NCBI GenBank assembly: GCA_964559915.1 | Contig: CAZLJP010000001.1 | Location: 1,044 to 65,043 of the forward strand | Direction of reading: 5' to 3' | DNA from: an uncultured Candidatus Saccharibacteria bacterium | GTDB lineage: Bacteria > Patescibacteriota > Saccharimonadia > Saccharimonadales > JALRHH01 | Length of the DNA: 64,000 nucleotides | In this document: positions 55,101-64,000 of the stretch, piece by piece | Layout: every line of letters begins with the position of its first letter | Numbering within the stretch: the stretch's first letter is position 1 | The notes under the pieces: model-generated | Told to the model about the DNA's origin: nothing | The model's input: the letters and a program-made list of their open reading frames with translations, nothing else | Database searches by the model: none | Made by a program: the position numbers and the translations under genes

Positions 55101-55563
55101 TTGTACCATGCAAATCAGAGGTAAAGAAAACACCAGCAGAACGAATCAGCTGGGATACAACAACACGCTCGGCACCGTTAATAACGAAAGTACCGCGCTC
55201 GGTCATCCATGGGTAGTCACCCAAGTAGATTTCCTGCTCTTTGATTTCACCGGTCACTTTGTTAGTTAGTTCTACGGTTGCCTTGAGCGGCGCTTCGTAG
55301 CTAACATTATTTTCGCGGGCAATAGCTTCAGATAGCTTTGGCTCCTCGAATCGATAATCTTTAAAGCTTAGTGATAGCTTGGTACCAGTGTAGTCGTCGA
55401 TTGGGCTGATTTCGGCAAGTAGTTCGCCGAGGCCTTCTTCTACAAACCATTGGAATGAGCGGTTTTGATGGTCAACGAGGTTTGGTAGCTCGAGAGCATC
55501 ATCAGTTTTAGTATAGTAGACACGCTTGTTCGTCGCCTTAGGGGCGGTGACGGTTTTAGCCAT
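52147..55563 (-). CDS. rpoB: DNA-directed RNA polymerase subunit beta, acidic C-terminal tail
   Basis: Full-length beta with conserved blocks (GRHGNKGV, FGEMEVWALEAYGA). About 70 extra acidic residues at the C-terminus. Confidence 0.97.
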   Translation of the reverse strand: MAKTVTAPKATNKRVYYTKTDDALELPNLVDHQNRSFQWFVEEGLGELLAEISPIDDYTGTKLSLSFKDYRFEEPKLSEAIARENNVSYEAPLKATVELTNKVTGEIKEQEIYLGDYPWMTERGTFVINGAERVVVSQLIRSAGVFFTSDLHGTSNIYGAKVIPGRGAWLEFETAAAGALYVKIDRKRKIAVTTLLRALGLNEAQIKDQFKGVDTGKQSYIETTLEKDPTKTTNEALIEVYRRLRPGDLATVDNARGLIENMFYNFKRFDFSRVGRYKINKRLNLDIPNTIENRTMRIEDLVAIIAELIRLNNTQDPADDIDSLANRRVKLVGELVQRQFRIGLLRMERNTKDRMSMSEIETVTPAQLINARPIVAAVREFFASSQLSQFMDQINPLSELAHKRRLSSMGPGGLSRERAGFEVRDAHATHYGRICAVETPEGANIGLVLNLASYARINDYGFIETPYRVVKNKKVTNDVVYLDAAAEEVAVIAGAGESLDASGKFINERVSVRNRLNSVEMDAGEVTHMDASRKQIIGSSAGLIPFVEKNYVYRSLMGSNQQRQAVPLVRPQSPIVGTGTEANAAQNTGQLISAEGEGEVIKATAEEVVVKYKKEGTVSYTPQHFVRSNEGTSINQNVVVETGQKVNAGDPLVEGMSIQGGELALGKDLRVAFMPWGGYNFEDAIIISRKLVEDDTLTSVHIVDYMVEVRETKLGPEIVTRDIPNVSEEALRHLDEDGIVRIGAEVHPGDILVGKITPKGEQELSSEERLLRAIFGEKAKEVRDTSQRMSNGKHGKVVGVKVFSRANGHELKAGVIMQIQVFVAQMRKISVGDKLGGRHGNKGVIARILPIEDMPFSEDGTPIDIILNPLGVPSRMNIGQLFETHLGMAAHALGIKVASPAFDGVEESKIKELLKEAGLPEDGKQQLYDGRTGEPFQERTTVGAMYMIKLNHMIADKIHARSTGPYTMVTQQPLGGKAQNGGQRFGEMEVWALEAYGASNTLQEMLTIKSDDVYGRSKAYEAIIKQTEIVGPKVPESFNVLVKELQGLGLKVDLVTSDVVIDAEAVLAENIKDESEHQSEVEVPAPSASDVDVTEDAAADEFIVMEMDDDMPATTVISNDDDEELVVTAADDEEGEEV

Positions 55564-55820
55564 AAATATAGCACTCCCACGTTAGGTGATTAATAATGGT
55601 TTAACGCTTGCAGCGTTGAAACGTTCGGTACTCGGAAAATATGAGCAAGCTCCTATTTTCTTGTGTGCCTTCGTTATAACTACAAAATCCAGCAATGTCA
55701 TCTGGATAATGATTAGTGTTTATATGAGTATTTGCGCGCGAAGATTTCTACGTGGGAGTTCTGGTGTTGTCTAGGGTACGAGACAACACTAAACCCACAG
55801 TACCCTACTTCTTATCCACT

Positions 55821-55849
55821 AGTATGGAGTAAAAATTACACTGTGTCAA
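55821..55849 (-). promoter_or_regulatory. promoter TTGACA-17-CATACT for rpoBC
   Basis: -35 at 55844-55849 and -10 at 55821-55826 (minus strand). It implies a leader of about 250 nt. Confidence 0.5.
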
Positions 55850-55861
55850 CAGTTGTGAAGT

Positions 55862-56449
55862 CTATTTTGGCGGGTTCTTGATAATGTTATCAACGATGCC
55901 ATATTTATGAGCTTCGTCAGCGGTCATCCAACGGTCACGCTCCATGTCATCGTGAATCTGCGCCTGTTTTTGGCCGGTATTCTTAGCCATGATGCTTTCC
56001 AGCAAGTCCTTAACACGCAGAGATTCCTTAAGGTCAATCTCTTGGTCGGTTACCTTTCCACGGGTGCCGCTGCTTGGCTGGTGAATCATGACCGTACTGT
56101 GCGGCAGCAAGAATCGCTTGCCTTTAGCACCACTACTTAACAGGAAAGCTGCTGCAGATGCCTGCACGCCGATGCCCACGGTTTGCACGTCGGCTTTTAC
56201 GAAGTTCATGGTGTCATAAATAGCCAGGGCGTCGTAGACGCTTCCGCCGGGGCTATTGATATAGAGGAAGATATCTTTCTTGGCATCTTCGTTATCGAGG
56301 AACAACAGCTGTGCCACAATGAGATTAGCGGTGTGTTCGTTTACATCTTCGCCCAGGAAGATAATACGGTCTTTGAGCAGACGAGAATAAATGTCATAGG
56401 CGCGTTCTACGCGGCCTTCTTGTTCAATAACGGTTGGAATCAATGGCAT
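55862..56449 (-). CDS. clpP: ATP-dependent Clp protease proteolytic subunit
   Basis: [51 protein letters not shown] 56449 is preceded by AGGAG. Confidence 0.95.
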   Translation of the reverse strand: MPLIPTVIEQEGRVERAYDIYSRLLKDRIIFLGEDVNEHTANLIVAQLLFLDNEDAKKDIFLYINSPGGSVYDALAIYDTMNFVKADVQTVGIGVQASAAAFLLSSGAKGKRFLLPHSTVMIHQPSSGTRGKVTDQEIDLKESLRVKDLLESIMAKNTGQKQAQIHDDMERDRWMTADEAHKYGIVDNIIKNPPK

Positions 56450-56611
56450 AACTTTCTCCTTGATGTGCACGCTTATTCTGAGAGTAGTCATTTCCGCCCA
56501 GTTGAGGACATTTCCCAGTCGTATGTATATACGTCTTATAAAATGGAAGCCTCACCTGAGCGCAAATGACTCTTGGCTCAGAATAACCCCTTAACAGTGG
56601 TTATATGTACT

Positions 56612-56640
56612 ATTCTACGCTTCAAGTTAGCACTCGTCAA
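56612..56640 (-). promoter_or_regulatory. candidate promoter TTGACG-17-TAGAAT for clpP
   Basis: -35 at 56635-56640 lies in the loop of a 9-bp hairpin (56627-56635 / 56645-56653) directly after the tig stop. Confidence 0.4.
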
Positions 56641-56653
56641 TGCTGAGTGCTAA

Positions 56654-57937
56654 TTACTTTTCCGTGGCGTATTCGACTAACTTGGCTACGGCTTTGTCGG
56701 TAAGAATGCGGCTGGCAATGTCACGACGATTCGTGTCTTTATCAAGCTCGGCCTGCATAGCCTCGTCTGCATATTGGCCTTTTAGTAGCTTGATTCTCAG
56801 GTCTAGTTCTTCGGAGGTAACGTCAAGTTCTTCTGCTTGGGCTATCTCTGCTAGTAGCAGGCTCGCCTTGATGGTCTTCTCTGCTTCAGGACGCTTCTGC
56901 TCTGCGTGTTCTTCGGCTGTCACACCTTCTTCCTTGAGATGCTCTTCCCAGGTCTGACCACGGTACACAAGATTCTGTCTCTCGCCGTCTTCTATCTTCT
57001 GAATCTGTTCGTCTACCATAGATTTTGGCAGCGCAACTTTGGTCTTCTCGGCTAGCTCACCAACAATCTCGGCTTCAAACTGGCGGTCAGCTTCACTCTG
57101 ACGCTCTGCCTGTAGCTGCAGTTTAACGTCATCCTTAAGCTGTTGTAATGTCTTGAAAGGGCCAACCGTGGCGGCAAATGCATCATCAAGCTTTGGCTCA
57201 ACGACTTCTTGCACTTTGTTTACGGTTACCGCAAACGTAACTTTTTGTTTAGCCAATATCTTGGCGTGATAATCAGCCGGGAATGTGACGGTAAAAGATT
57301 TGTTATCATTCGCCTTCATGCCAATAAGATTCTCTTCAAAGCCTGGAATAAACTGTTTGCTGCCAATAGTCAGTGGATAGTCTTTGCCATCTGCACCATC
57401 TACGGCCTTACCCTTGGTATCCGTGCCGGCAAAGTCGATATATACCTGGTCGCCATCTTTAGCAGCACGGTCAACATCTTTTTTGGCTGCAGCCCGGGTG
57501 CGGAGATTCTGTAATACATCCTTTACATCGTCTGCGGTTATGGTGACAGCTGGTTTAGTTTTCTTGAGCTTTTTGTAATCAGGAATCTTTACCTCTCCAA
57601 TAACACTTACCTTTGCCTCAAATTCCAAAGTAGTAAACGGCACAAACTTAGTGATATTCACCTCTGGGTTCGTAACAGGACGCAGCTTTTCGCTCTCGAC
57701 AGCACGGCCGTACAAGCTGTTAATTGTTTCCTCCAAGAATTCTGACTGCAACGCGCTTGGATCTACGTTTTTCTCTATAAGCTCGAGTGGTGCTTTACCC
57801 TCACGAAAGCCGGCGATTTTGACGCTGCCACGGAAATGGCCCAGCACATGCTCTTTCATAGAGCTGAGTTCTTGCTCGCTCGCAACAATAATTAAAGTAA
57901 TATCAGTATCGTTTGAATTGGTTCGTTTAACTTGCAT
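56654..57937 (-). CDS. tig: trigger factor
   Basis: N-terminal ribosome-binding domain (GFREGKAP), a central PPIase-like region (FIPGFEENLIGMK), and a C-terminal domain. Confidence 0.92.
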   Translation of the reverse strand: MQVKRTNSNDTDITLIIVASEQELSSMKEHVLGHFRGSVKIAGFREGKAPLELIEKNVDPSALQSEFLEETINSLYGRAVESEKLRPVTNPEVNITKFVPFTTLEFEAKVSVIGEVKIPDYKKLKKTKPAVTITADDVKDVLQNLRTRAAAKKDVDRAAKDGDQVYIDFAGTDTKGKAVDGADGKDYPLTIGSKQFIPGFEENLIGMKANDNKSFTVTFPADYHAKILAKQKVTFAVTVNKVQEVVEPKLDDAFAATVGPFKTLQQLKDDVKLQLQAERQSEADRQFEAEIVGELAEKTKVALPKSMVDEQIQKIEDGERQNLVYRGQTWEEHLKEEGVTAEEHAEQKRPEAEKTIKASLLLAEIAQAEELDVTSEELDLRIKLLKGQYADEAMQAELDKDTNRRDIASRILTDKAVAKLVEYATEK

Positions 57938-57978
57938 AGGTATCTATGCTAACAGATATAAACCATTTTTTCTACAGA

Positions 57979-58428
57979 TTAGCGAACAATCTGCCAAAAA
58001 ACGGTCAATAGAGCTACGAGAACTACCGCCTCTAGATATATGCCCCATGGGTGTTCACCCCATTGTATCCATTTAGAAAAGCGCGCAAAGGCTCCGGGTT
58101 GCTTGGGTTCTTGGCGCATATCAGCCAGATAGTGTGGTATCCATATAGCGTCGGGTAGCACCGCCACCAGTGCGCAAAATAGCAAGAGCCCCCAGTTAGT
58201 AGGCTGAATAACTGTCACTGCGGTCAGAAACGACACCATAATAAGTGCGTCAGTTACCAGCACATACTTAAAGTGTCTGTTAAGCCACGAGCTTTTGTTC
58301 TTATCGCCATAATGCGGCAATGCGTCCATCAAAAAATGAGAGGCTAATGCGGCCGGAATAGCCACGGCGGGTTGCAATACAACCGCACCTATTAAAGCCC
58401 CCGCGACTACATGGTTACTGCCTGTCAT
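57979..58428 (-). CDS. membrane-bound metal-dependent hydrolase-like protein (YdjM/DUF457-like)
   Basis: Polytopic. NHVVAGALIGAVV...HFLMDALPHYG and LPDAIWIPH motifs. Confidence 0.5.
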   Translation of the reverse strand: MTGSNHVVAGALIGAVVLQPAVAIPAALASHFLMDALPHYGDKNKSSWLNRHFKYVLVTDALIMVSFLTAVTVIQPTNWGLLLFCALVAVLPDAIWIPHYLADMRQEPKQPGAFARFSKWIQWGEHPWGIYLEAVVLVALLTVFWQIVR

Positions 58429-58431
58429 AGA

Positions 58432-59742
58432 CTATTTAGATTTCCTGTAATCCTTAACAGTACTGACAATGCGCTGCAGCCCGTGCTTTTCTTCGGCACC
58501 TGTTTCTAGGTCCTTAAACGGATACTGTTCTTCTTTCAGCTCGTTCTCGCCAATGAATAATGTGTAGCGAATACCCTGTTTGCTGGCAGACTTAATCTGC
58601 TTGTCTAGCTTGCGGCCACTCGAATCAACGGCAATATTCAAGCCCATTTCACGCAGCTCGGCAATTGGCTTTTGTGCTGCTTCATACACGTCACCAATTA
58701 GGACAACGTAGATATCTGTCTCTGACTTGAGCTCTGGCAGCAGCTTGTGCGAGCGCAAGAAATTCTCGAGCGTCACGTCACCCATTCCAAAACCTACAGT
58801 TGGTACTGGTTCTACGCCGAATAACCCAACCAGACCATCGTAGCGACCGCCGCCAAACATAGAACGGTTGTTTTCTGGGTCTGCATCAAATACTTCAAAC
58901 ACAATATCGGTGTAATAATCAAAACCACGCGCCAATGTTGGGTCAAACTCAGCATTAGCTACGCCAGACTTATCTAGCAAAGTAATGAGTTTTTGTAGCT
59001 CAACAACAGACTCATGCGCCTGTAATGAGGCTGGTAAATCCTGGATAGTCTTGGCCCTCAAAAAAGCCAATAACGTATCAGCCGCACCGGCTTCGCGCTG
59101 GCTTGGGCTAAATACGGCATCAATTTGACCGATAAATTCAGCGTGCTCGAGCTTGTGCATGCGATCTATGATGCGTAGTAATGTGGTTGCCTGTGTATCG
59201 TCCAGACCAAGTTGTTCGTGTAGCACTGTGTTGAGTAACACACGACTGTTGAGCTTAATTGTGTACATATCTGGCTTGGCACCAAAGGCTTTCATAATAC
59301 TGTCAGTCAGAAGGATAAGTTCATGTTCTGCTTGAAGTCCTGCTAGCCCAAAGACATCTACATTCAGTTGCCAGAATTCACGCAGACGCCCACGCTGCGG
59401 CCGCTCATAGCGCCATAGGTTAGGGATGGAGTACCAACGTACCGGATAGGCTAGTTCCTGTCGTTGGCCAGCCACCATACGGCTAACACTTGGGGTCATC
59501 TCAGTGCGAATCGTTACACTACGGTCACCACGATCCGTAAATGTATACGTCTGTTCGTTAACGATTTCGTCAGAGGTCTTGCTGGCAAACAGCTCTGTTG
59601 GCTCTAAAATTGGCGCGTCGTATTCTTGGTAGCCGTAGCTTTCGCAAACAGACCGGAATGTACTAAATATGTATTTTTGGAGGCGCTTATCCTCAGGATA
59701 AAAATCCCGCGCGCCCTTATACGGTTGTGTTGATAAAGACAT
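58432..59742 (-). CDS. hisS: histidyl-tRNA synthetase
   Basis: Class II motifs (YRYERPQRGRLREFWQ, GGGRYDGL) and a C-terminal anticodon-binding domain. Confidence 0.93.
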   Translation of the reverse strand: MSLSTQPYKGARDFYPEDKRLQKYIFSTFRSVCESYGYQEYDAPILEPTELFASKTSDEIVNEQTYTFTDRGDRSVTIRTEMTPSVSRMVAGQRQELAYPVRWYSIPNLWRYERPQRGRLREFWQLNVDVFGLAGLQAEHELILLTDSIMKAFGAKPDMYTIKLNSRVLLNTVLHEQLGLDDTQATTLLRIIDRMHKLEHAEFIGQIDAVFSPSQREAGAADTLLAFLRAKTIQDLPASLQAHESVVELQKLITLLDKSGVANAEFDPTLARGFDYYTDIVFEVFDADPENNRSMFGGGRYDGLVGLFGVEPVPTVGFGMGDVTLENFLRSHKLLPELKSETDIYVVLIGDVYEAAQKPIAELREMGLNIAVDSSGRKLDKQIKSASKQGIRYTLFIGENELKEEQYPFKDLETGAEEKHGLQRIVSTVKDYRKSK

Positions 59743-59773
59743 CTTGGCAGTTATTATACAGTACGTTTACTGT

Positions 59774-60031
59774 CTAGCTTACTAAACGACCAAAGAACCT
59801 GCCAATACGTGACGAGCTAGCCGCTTGATTTCGATTCTGATGCTCTTCTGTCACTTTTTGATATTCCAGAGCATACGCCAGCCTAAAGTAATCATCACCT
59901 TGTGTTGCCATTATATCCATTCTTTCGGCAGGTCGATTTTTCAGAACGTCCAGTATCTCTTCGTCACTATACCGAGGAGTTTCAGTTGGTTCAGGTACTT
60001 CGTTTCCCATAATTGATTGCAAGTATGCCAT
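59774..60031 (-). CDS. hypothetical protein (85 aa)
   Basis: ATG 60031 (MAYLQSIMGNEVPEP...); the track ORF begins upstream. No motif recognised. Confidence 0.4.
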   Translation of the reverse strand: MAYLQSIMGNEVPEPTETPRYSDEEILDVLKNRPAERMDIMATQGDDYFRLAYALEYQKVTEEHQNRNQAASSSRIGRFFGRLVS

Positions 60032-60095
60032 ATTGTTATCAACAATACAATGTACTGGGAAAAACAATGATTCTCTTGTAGAATATTATGGTTCA

Positions 60096-60180
60096 GCGCG
60101 AGTGGTGGAATTGGTAGACACGCTAGTTTTAGGAGCTGGTGCCGTAAGGTGTGGAGGTTCAAGTCCTCTCTCGCGCACCA
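60096..60180 (+). tRNA. tRNA-Leu (anticodon UAG), long variable arm, CCA encoded
   Basis: GCGCGAG...CTCGCGC acceptor, anticodon loop TTTAGGA, variable arm TGCCGTAAGGTGT. Confidence 0.9.
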
Positions 60181-60182
60181 AT

Positions 60183-60211
60183 AAAAAGAGTCCCACTCAG
60201 GGACTCTTTTT
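60183..60211. terminator. bidirectional terminator shared by tRNA-Leu and rsmD
   Basis: AGAGTCCC (60187-60194) / GGGACTCT (60200-60207) with flanking A- and T-runs. It overlaps the rsmD stop. Confidence 0.75.
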
Positions 60212-60743
60212 AAATGTTTAGTTTACGGTAAATTACCAGTGTGGCGTCACCATATGACTTATCGGCAATCTTTTCCATAGAATCTGGCAATACCAGCCGG
60301 GCCTTGGGCGGTAGCGAATAGACTAAGATGCCTCCTGGCTTTACCAGTTCGGGCAGCTTATCAAGCGTCTTATATACAAGGTTGTCGTACGGGGGGTCGG
60401 CAAGCACAACATCAAATTGGTCGTTAGTACGGTTTAGCCAGCTATGGACAAACATTTTGTGTGATTTCATTACCTCGTCTAAGCCCAATGCCTGTATATT
60501 CTTAGTAATCACCGCGGAGGCAACCTTGTCTGCCTCAATAGCTACCGCACTTGCAGCACCCCTGCTAATAGCTTCGATTGCTAGCGCACCACTGCCCGCA
60601 TATAAATCTGCCACGGTTAGGCCTTCAATGTCACCGAGTGTGTTAAAAATGGCACCGCGGACTTTATCGCTCATCGGATGTGTACGATGGCCCCGCGGAG
60701 CGTCAAATGTCCTACCACCAAGTTTTCCAGCAACTATTCTCAT
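60210..60743 (-). CDS. rsmD: 16S rRNA (guanine966-N2)-methyltransferase RsmD
   Basis: MRIVAGKLGGRTF...VADLYAGSGALAIEAISRGA...LADPPY. The ATG overlaps the upstream stop (ATGA). Confidence 0.85.
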   Translation of the reverse strand: MRIVAGKLGGRTFDAPRGHRTHPMSDKVRGAIFNTLGDIEGLTVADLYAGSGALAIEAISRGAASAVAIEADKVASAVITKNIQALGLDEVMKSHKMFVHSWLNRTNDQFDVVLADPPYDNLVYKTLDKLPELVKPGGILVYSLPPKARLVLPDSMEKIADKSYGDATLVIYRKLNI

Positions 60744-61549
60744 TTTTTGCTGTCCTCCAGGGCGGTGTACCACGCCAGTGTAATAGTTTTTATCAAAATA
60801 GGGGCCAGCTTATAGCGAACTCGGTAGGCAAGACGCAAATTCCAACCCTTTTCATAATAATCATTAAACAAGTCTAGGACCGCGACCTCGCGCGCTACCT
60901 GGACAAAGTATTCGCGTAAACCCAGCTCCTGCATACGTGCGATATCTTGCTGTGATGGCACTGCATCTGTAAAGTTCATAGGTGCAATTAATACCGAAAA
61001 GCCCCATTCAAAACTACCATGGGTGGTCATCAAGCCCTTAGTTCCCCACATACGCCAATTGTTCATCAGCATCTCGGTATGCGTATCACCGTGCATCACC
61101 AGCTTTTCCTTGATAGTCGTACGCGAAGCGTTGCTCTTGCCCTTGCGCAATTTGGTCAATTCTTCTTCGTAGGGATAATGATGTGCAGGAGTCAGGCCAT
61201 CAACCAACGCATGTGCTAACCAGGCAGACTCAAACGCCGCACGCTCCATATTGCCCGCCCGCAACTCACCCGATAACTGCTTGTAATGATCATCTATCAA
61301 ATCAAGCAGCTGGGTATCATTAGTCACGAACGGATTGAAATAGTGCCATGGTTCATCTTTGGCCGGGCTTTTGCGCTTGATTGCATCGGGCCCGTTCTTG
61401 CCCTCGAAGTGTAAAATCTGGCGTATAAACGGAAAATCCCGATTATTTTCCATCAGTATACGCAAATGACGCCGTGAAATGCGGTCAATCTTTTGATGAG
61501 CCCCCAGCACACGGCCAGAGTATTTGGTGAGAGTTGTTCCACTATACAT
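60740..61549 (-). CDS. hypothetical protein (269 aa); weak His/Asp-rich resemblance to Zn-dependent phospholipase C / P1-nuclease-like folds
   Basis: WLAHALVDGLTPAHHYPYEEE and HGDTHTEM. The assignment is tentative. Confidence 0.45.
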   Translation of the reverse strand: MYSGTTLTKYSGRVLGAHQKIDRISRRHLRILMENNRDFPFIRQILHFEGKNGPDAIKRKSPAKDEPWHYFNPFVTNDTQLLDLIDDHYKQLSGELRAGNMERAAFESAWLAHALVDGLTPAHHYPYEEELTKLRKGKSNASRTTIKEKLVMHGDTHTEMLMNNWRMWGTKGLMTTHGSFEWGFSVLIAPMNFTDAVPSQQDIARMQELGLREYFVQVAREVAVLDLFNDYYEKGWNLRLAYRVRYKLAPILIKTITLAWYTALEDSKK

Positions 61550-61551
61550 AG

Positions 61552-63588
61552 CTAGTTGAGATTAGTGACCGCTCTGAGTTTTTGGACAAGGTCATGTAAC
61601 TCCTTATATTGTAGCAAATCATCACCTCTATCGATGAATTCCTGGGCACTCCGTCGGGCAGCGGCTATCAGCTTTGTATCCGTTAGTTTGGCAATACGCA
61701 GGTCTAATTGCCCATGCTGCATAGTGCCATAAATAGCACCTGGGCCGCGGATTTCTAAATCTAGCTCTGCTAATTTGAACCCATCACCACTACTTTCCAG
61801 AGCCTTGAGGCGTCTTGGTGGTTCACTATCATCCGTGAGCAGCAGATAACAATACCCTTGGTGCTCGCTTCGGCCCACACGGCCACGCAGCTGATGCACC
61901 TGGGCCAAACCGAATCGCTCAGCACTTTCTATCAACATTACCGTAGCATTAGGTACGTCCACACCCACTTCGATTACTGTAGTCGATACTAATATGTCCA
62001 GTTCATGTCTGACAAATTGAGCCATGATGGCGTCTTTTTCATCTGCCTTGAGCTTGCCGTGCAATAATCCAATGCGCCACTGCTTAAACGGCCCTTTACT
62101 CAGCTCCGCGTAGACCTGCTCGGCAGATTTGGCAGGCAACGTATCGGATTCCGCAATGAGCGGACACACCACAAATACCTGCCTGCCATCAGCCAACTCT
62201 GCACGTATGTGTTCGTAAGTTCGTTCTATACCGGTTGGCTTGAGAATCTTTGTCTTAATAGGTAATCGTCCGGCCGGTTTGGTGTCAACAATGGATATGT
62301 CCAGTTCACCATACAGGGTCAGCGCCAAGCTGCGTGGGATTGGCGTGGCAGTCATGTTCAGTACATGAATAGCATGGCCGGCTTTAGCCTGTAGTGTCTT
62401 ACGCTGCTCTACGCCAAAGCGGTGTTGCTCGTCAATAATAACTAAACCAAGCTGATGCATGTCTACCTTCTCTTGGATAATGGCATGCGTACCGACGATT
62501 AGTTTGATATCACCAGATTTTACTCGCTCATGGGCAATCTTTTTCTGAGCTGGTTTTAGCCCACCTATCAGCAGCCCTACACTATCAGCCATACCAAGCG
62601 GCTGTAATAGTTTACTGAGCGTTTCGGCGTGCTGTCGGGCCAATAGCTCGGTTGGTGCCATAAAGGCCACCTGAAATCCCTGTTGCATAGCCATAACAGC
62701 CGCCATGGCCGCAACAACAGTTTTACCAGAACCTACGTCGCCTTCCACTAGCCTATTCATAGGTATAGTTCGCTCCATATCCTGATACACCTGCCAGACC
62801 GTTTTACGCTGAGCGTCGGTCAATTCAAATGGCAGATGCTTCACAAAATCTTTAGCCAACGTTTCGCCAAACGGTATAGCAATCGCCTTATCCTGCATTA
62901 GTTCATACTTATTCAGTAGTGCGGCCAAAGTTAGCCCAAACACTTCTTCAAAACCCAGTCTTAGTCGGGCCGCCTGCAACTGCTCTGGGCTGGCCGGAAA
63001 ATGAATTGCCTCCAATGCCTCGGCATGAGAAATAAGCTTGTAATGCTCTACAATCCACTCTGGCAAATTCTCCGGCGAGCTACGAATAAGTGGTAATACT
63101 TGCCCTAAAAGTTTGCGGATTTGAGCGGATTTGAGTCCCTTGGTCTCACGGTATATCGGCACAATTCGGGCAGTGTTTATCGGAAAGCTACTGACAAGCT
63201 CCATTGATGGATTCAAAATACTGAGCCGAGTAGCCCTGAGGCCAAAATCACCAGATATATAGTATTCCTGGCCAGATTTAATGCTAGCTGCACGGTATGG
63301 TTGATTGAACCAAACTATTCGTACGCTGCCCGTCTCATCACTGGCAACAGCCTCTGTAATGTGCAGGCCACGTCTGGCATACCTGCCAGCGGACTGTTTT
63401 ATCACCGCTTTGATAGTAACCACCCCTGGCTTAATACTGCCAATAGGCTGGATGTCAGAATAGTCATCATAGCGTCGTGGGAAATACTGAATTAATTCGC
63501 CGGTTGTTTTGATACCCAAAATAGCCAGCTTCTTAGCCAGCTCTGCGCCCACGCCCTTAATATCAGTCAACGGACTATCAATAGTCAT
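61552..63588 (-). CDS. recG: ATP-dependent DNA helicase RecG
   Basis: Wedge domain plus helicase motifs GDVGSGKT, DEQHRFG, QLRGRVGR. Confidence 0.93.
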   Translation of the reverse strand: MTIDSPLTDIKGVGAELAKKLAILGIKTTGELIQYFPRRYDDYSDIQPIGSIKPGVVTIKAVIKQSAGRYARRGLHITEAVASDETGSVRIVWFNQPYRAASIKSGQEYYISGDFGLRATRLSILNPSMELVSSFPINTARIVPIYRETKGLKSAQIRKLLGQVLPLIRSSPENLPEWIVEHYKLISHAEALEAIHFPASPEQLQAARLRLGFEEVFGLTLAALLNKYELMQDKAIAIPFGETLAKDFVKHLPFELTDAQRKTVWQVYQDMERTIPMNRLVEGDVGSGKTVVAAMAAVMAMQQGFQVAFMAPTELLARQHAETLSKLLQPLGMADSVGLLIGGLKPAQKKIAHERVKSGDIKLIVGTHAIIQEKVDMHQLGLVIIDEQHRFGVEQRKTLQAKAGHAIHVLNMTATPIPRSLALTLYGELDISIVDTKPAGRLPIKTKILKPTGIERTYEHIRAELADGRQVFVVCPLIAESDTLPAKSAEQVYAELSKGPFKQWRIGLLHGKLKADEKDAIMAQFVRHELDILVSTTVIEVGVDVPNATVMLIESAERFGLAQVHQLRGRVGRSEHQGYCYLLLTDDSEPPRRLKALESSGDGFKLAELDLEIRGPGAIYGTMQHGQLDLRIAKLTDTKLIAAARRSAQEFIDRGDDLLQYKELHDLVQKLRAVTNLN

Positions 63589-63737
63589 TGCTTATAAGTA
63601 TAGGTGATTAATTCCTTAGCCTAAAATCTCAAGGATTTGAAACCTTAGGTTAAGTGACAGAGTAGAGATAAAAATGCATGAAGTGAGAGGGGGTGCAATC
63701 AGCACAATCAACCGAAGTCAACCACACCCCCTCAGCT

Positions 63738-64000
63738 TCACGACTGTTTTTCAACCATCTTGTCGATGACCATGTCGACGCACTTCAGGGCGATGTCCAC
63801 AATCCATACACGTGGATGCAATCCATCCGTCTCGTTGTACATGTACAGTCCATCGACGTACTTGTCAGGGAAGTTCAAGACGACATCCAGTGCAACCTCT
63901 TGAGTCATCTTCTGCTGAAGGTAGTCATTGATTGTCTTCCTGATGTTGTGAACATCGAGTTCGAACGGTGTAAGTTTGAAGTGCTCGATGCACTCGGCGG
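63738..64000 (-). CDS. hypothetical protein, C-terminal 87 codons only (gene runs off window end)
   Basis: Hand translation of the minus strand gives ...AECIEHFKLTPFELDVHNIRKTINDYLQQKMTQEVALDVV...DMVIDKMVEKQS, with stop TGA (complement of 63738-63740). No motif recognised. Confidence 0.4.
   Translation of the reverse strand, partial: AECIEHFKLTPFELDVHNIRKTINDYLQQKMTQEVALDVVLNFPDKYVDGLYMYNETDGLHPRVWIVDIALKCVDMVIDKMVEKQS

Overview
The window is a compact, almost entirely minus-strand block of core information-processing genes from a small bacterial genome using the standard genetic code. In minus-strand order it carries recG, rsmD, hisS, tig, clpP, rpoB-rpoC, rpsL-rpsG-fusA, tuf, the S10/spc/alpha ribosomal clusters running on into rplM-rpsI, trpS, rluD-like, holB, tgt, rpmG, secE-nusG-rplK-rplA, and a dcd/tmk-thyX dTTP module. 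There are five tRNAs: Trp-CCA, Thr-GGU, Thr-UGU, Tyr-GUA and Leu-UAG, all with encoded CCA. I saw no rRNA, CRISPR array, transposase or integrase. Several traits fit a reduced Patescibacteria/CPR-like (possibly Saccharibacteria-like) genome, which I cannot confirm without a database search: no rpmD (L30), no adk/map after secY, no rplJ-rplL before rpoB, many 1-4 nt gene overlaps, and Lys/Ala/Pro-rich tails on ribosomal proteins. The unusual part is how many junctions of this normally invariant locus carry lineage-specific inserts or RNA structures. (1) Two tandem ribosome-dependent attenuators, each with a Trp-codon leader peptide, lie upstream of trpS. (2) A promoter-driven three-gene operon sits between rpoC and rpsL; all three proteins share one N-terminal anchor motif and one is a 780-aa, 36-Cys protein. 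(3) An unannotated 49-codon ORF is coupled by TAATG overlaps between rpsS and rplV. (4) Small orphan genes sit at rplK|rplA, nusG|rplK, fusA|tuf, tuf|rpsJ, rpsJ|rplC and rplO|secY. (5) A 12-bp stem plus a 12-codon uORF abuts the nusG start. (6) The roughly 250-nt rpoB leader contains a 10-nt anti-SD element. (7) A Tmk + tandem ThyX fusion is translationally coupled to dcd. All functional readings of the orphan genes and RNA structures are inference from sequence only.
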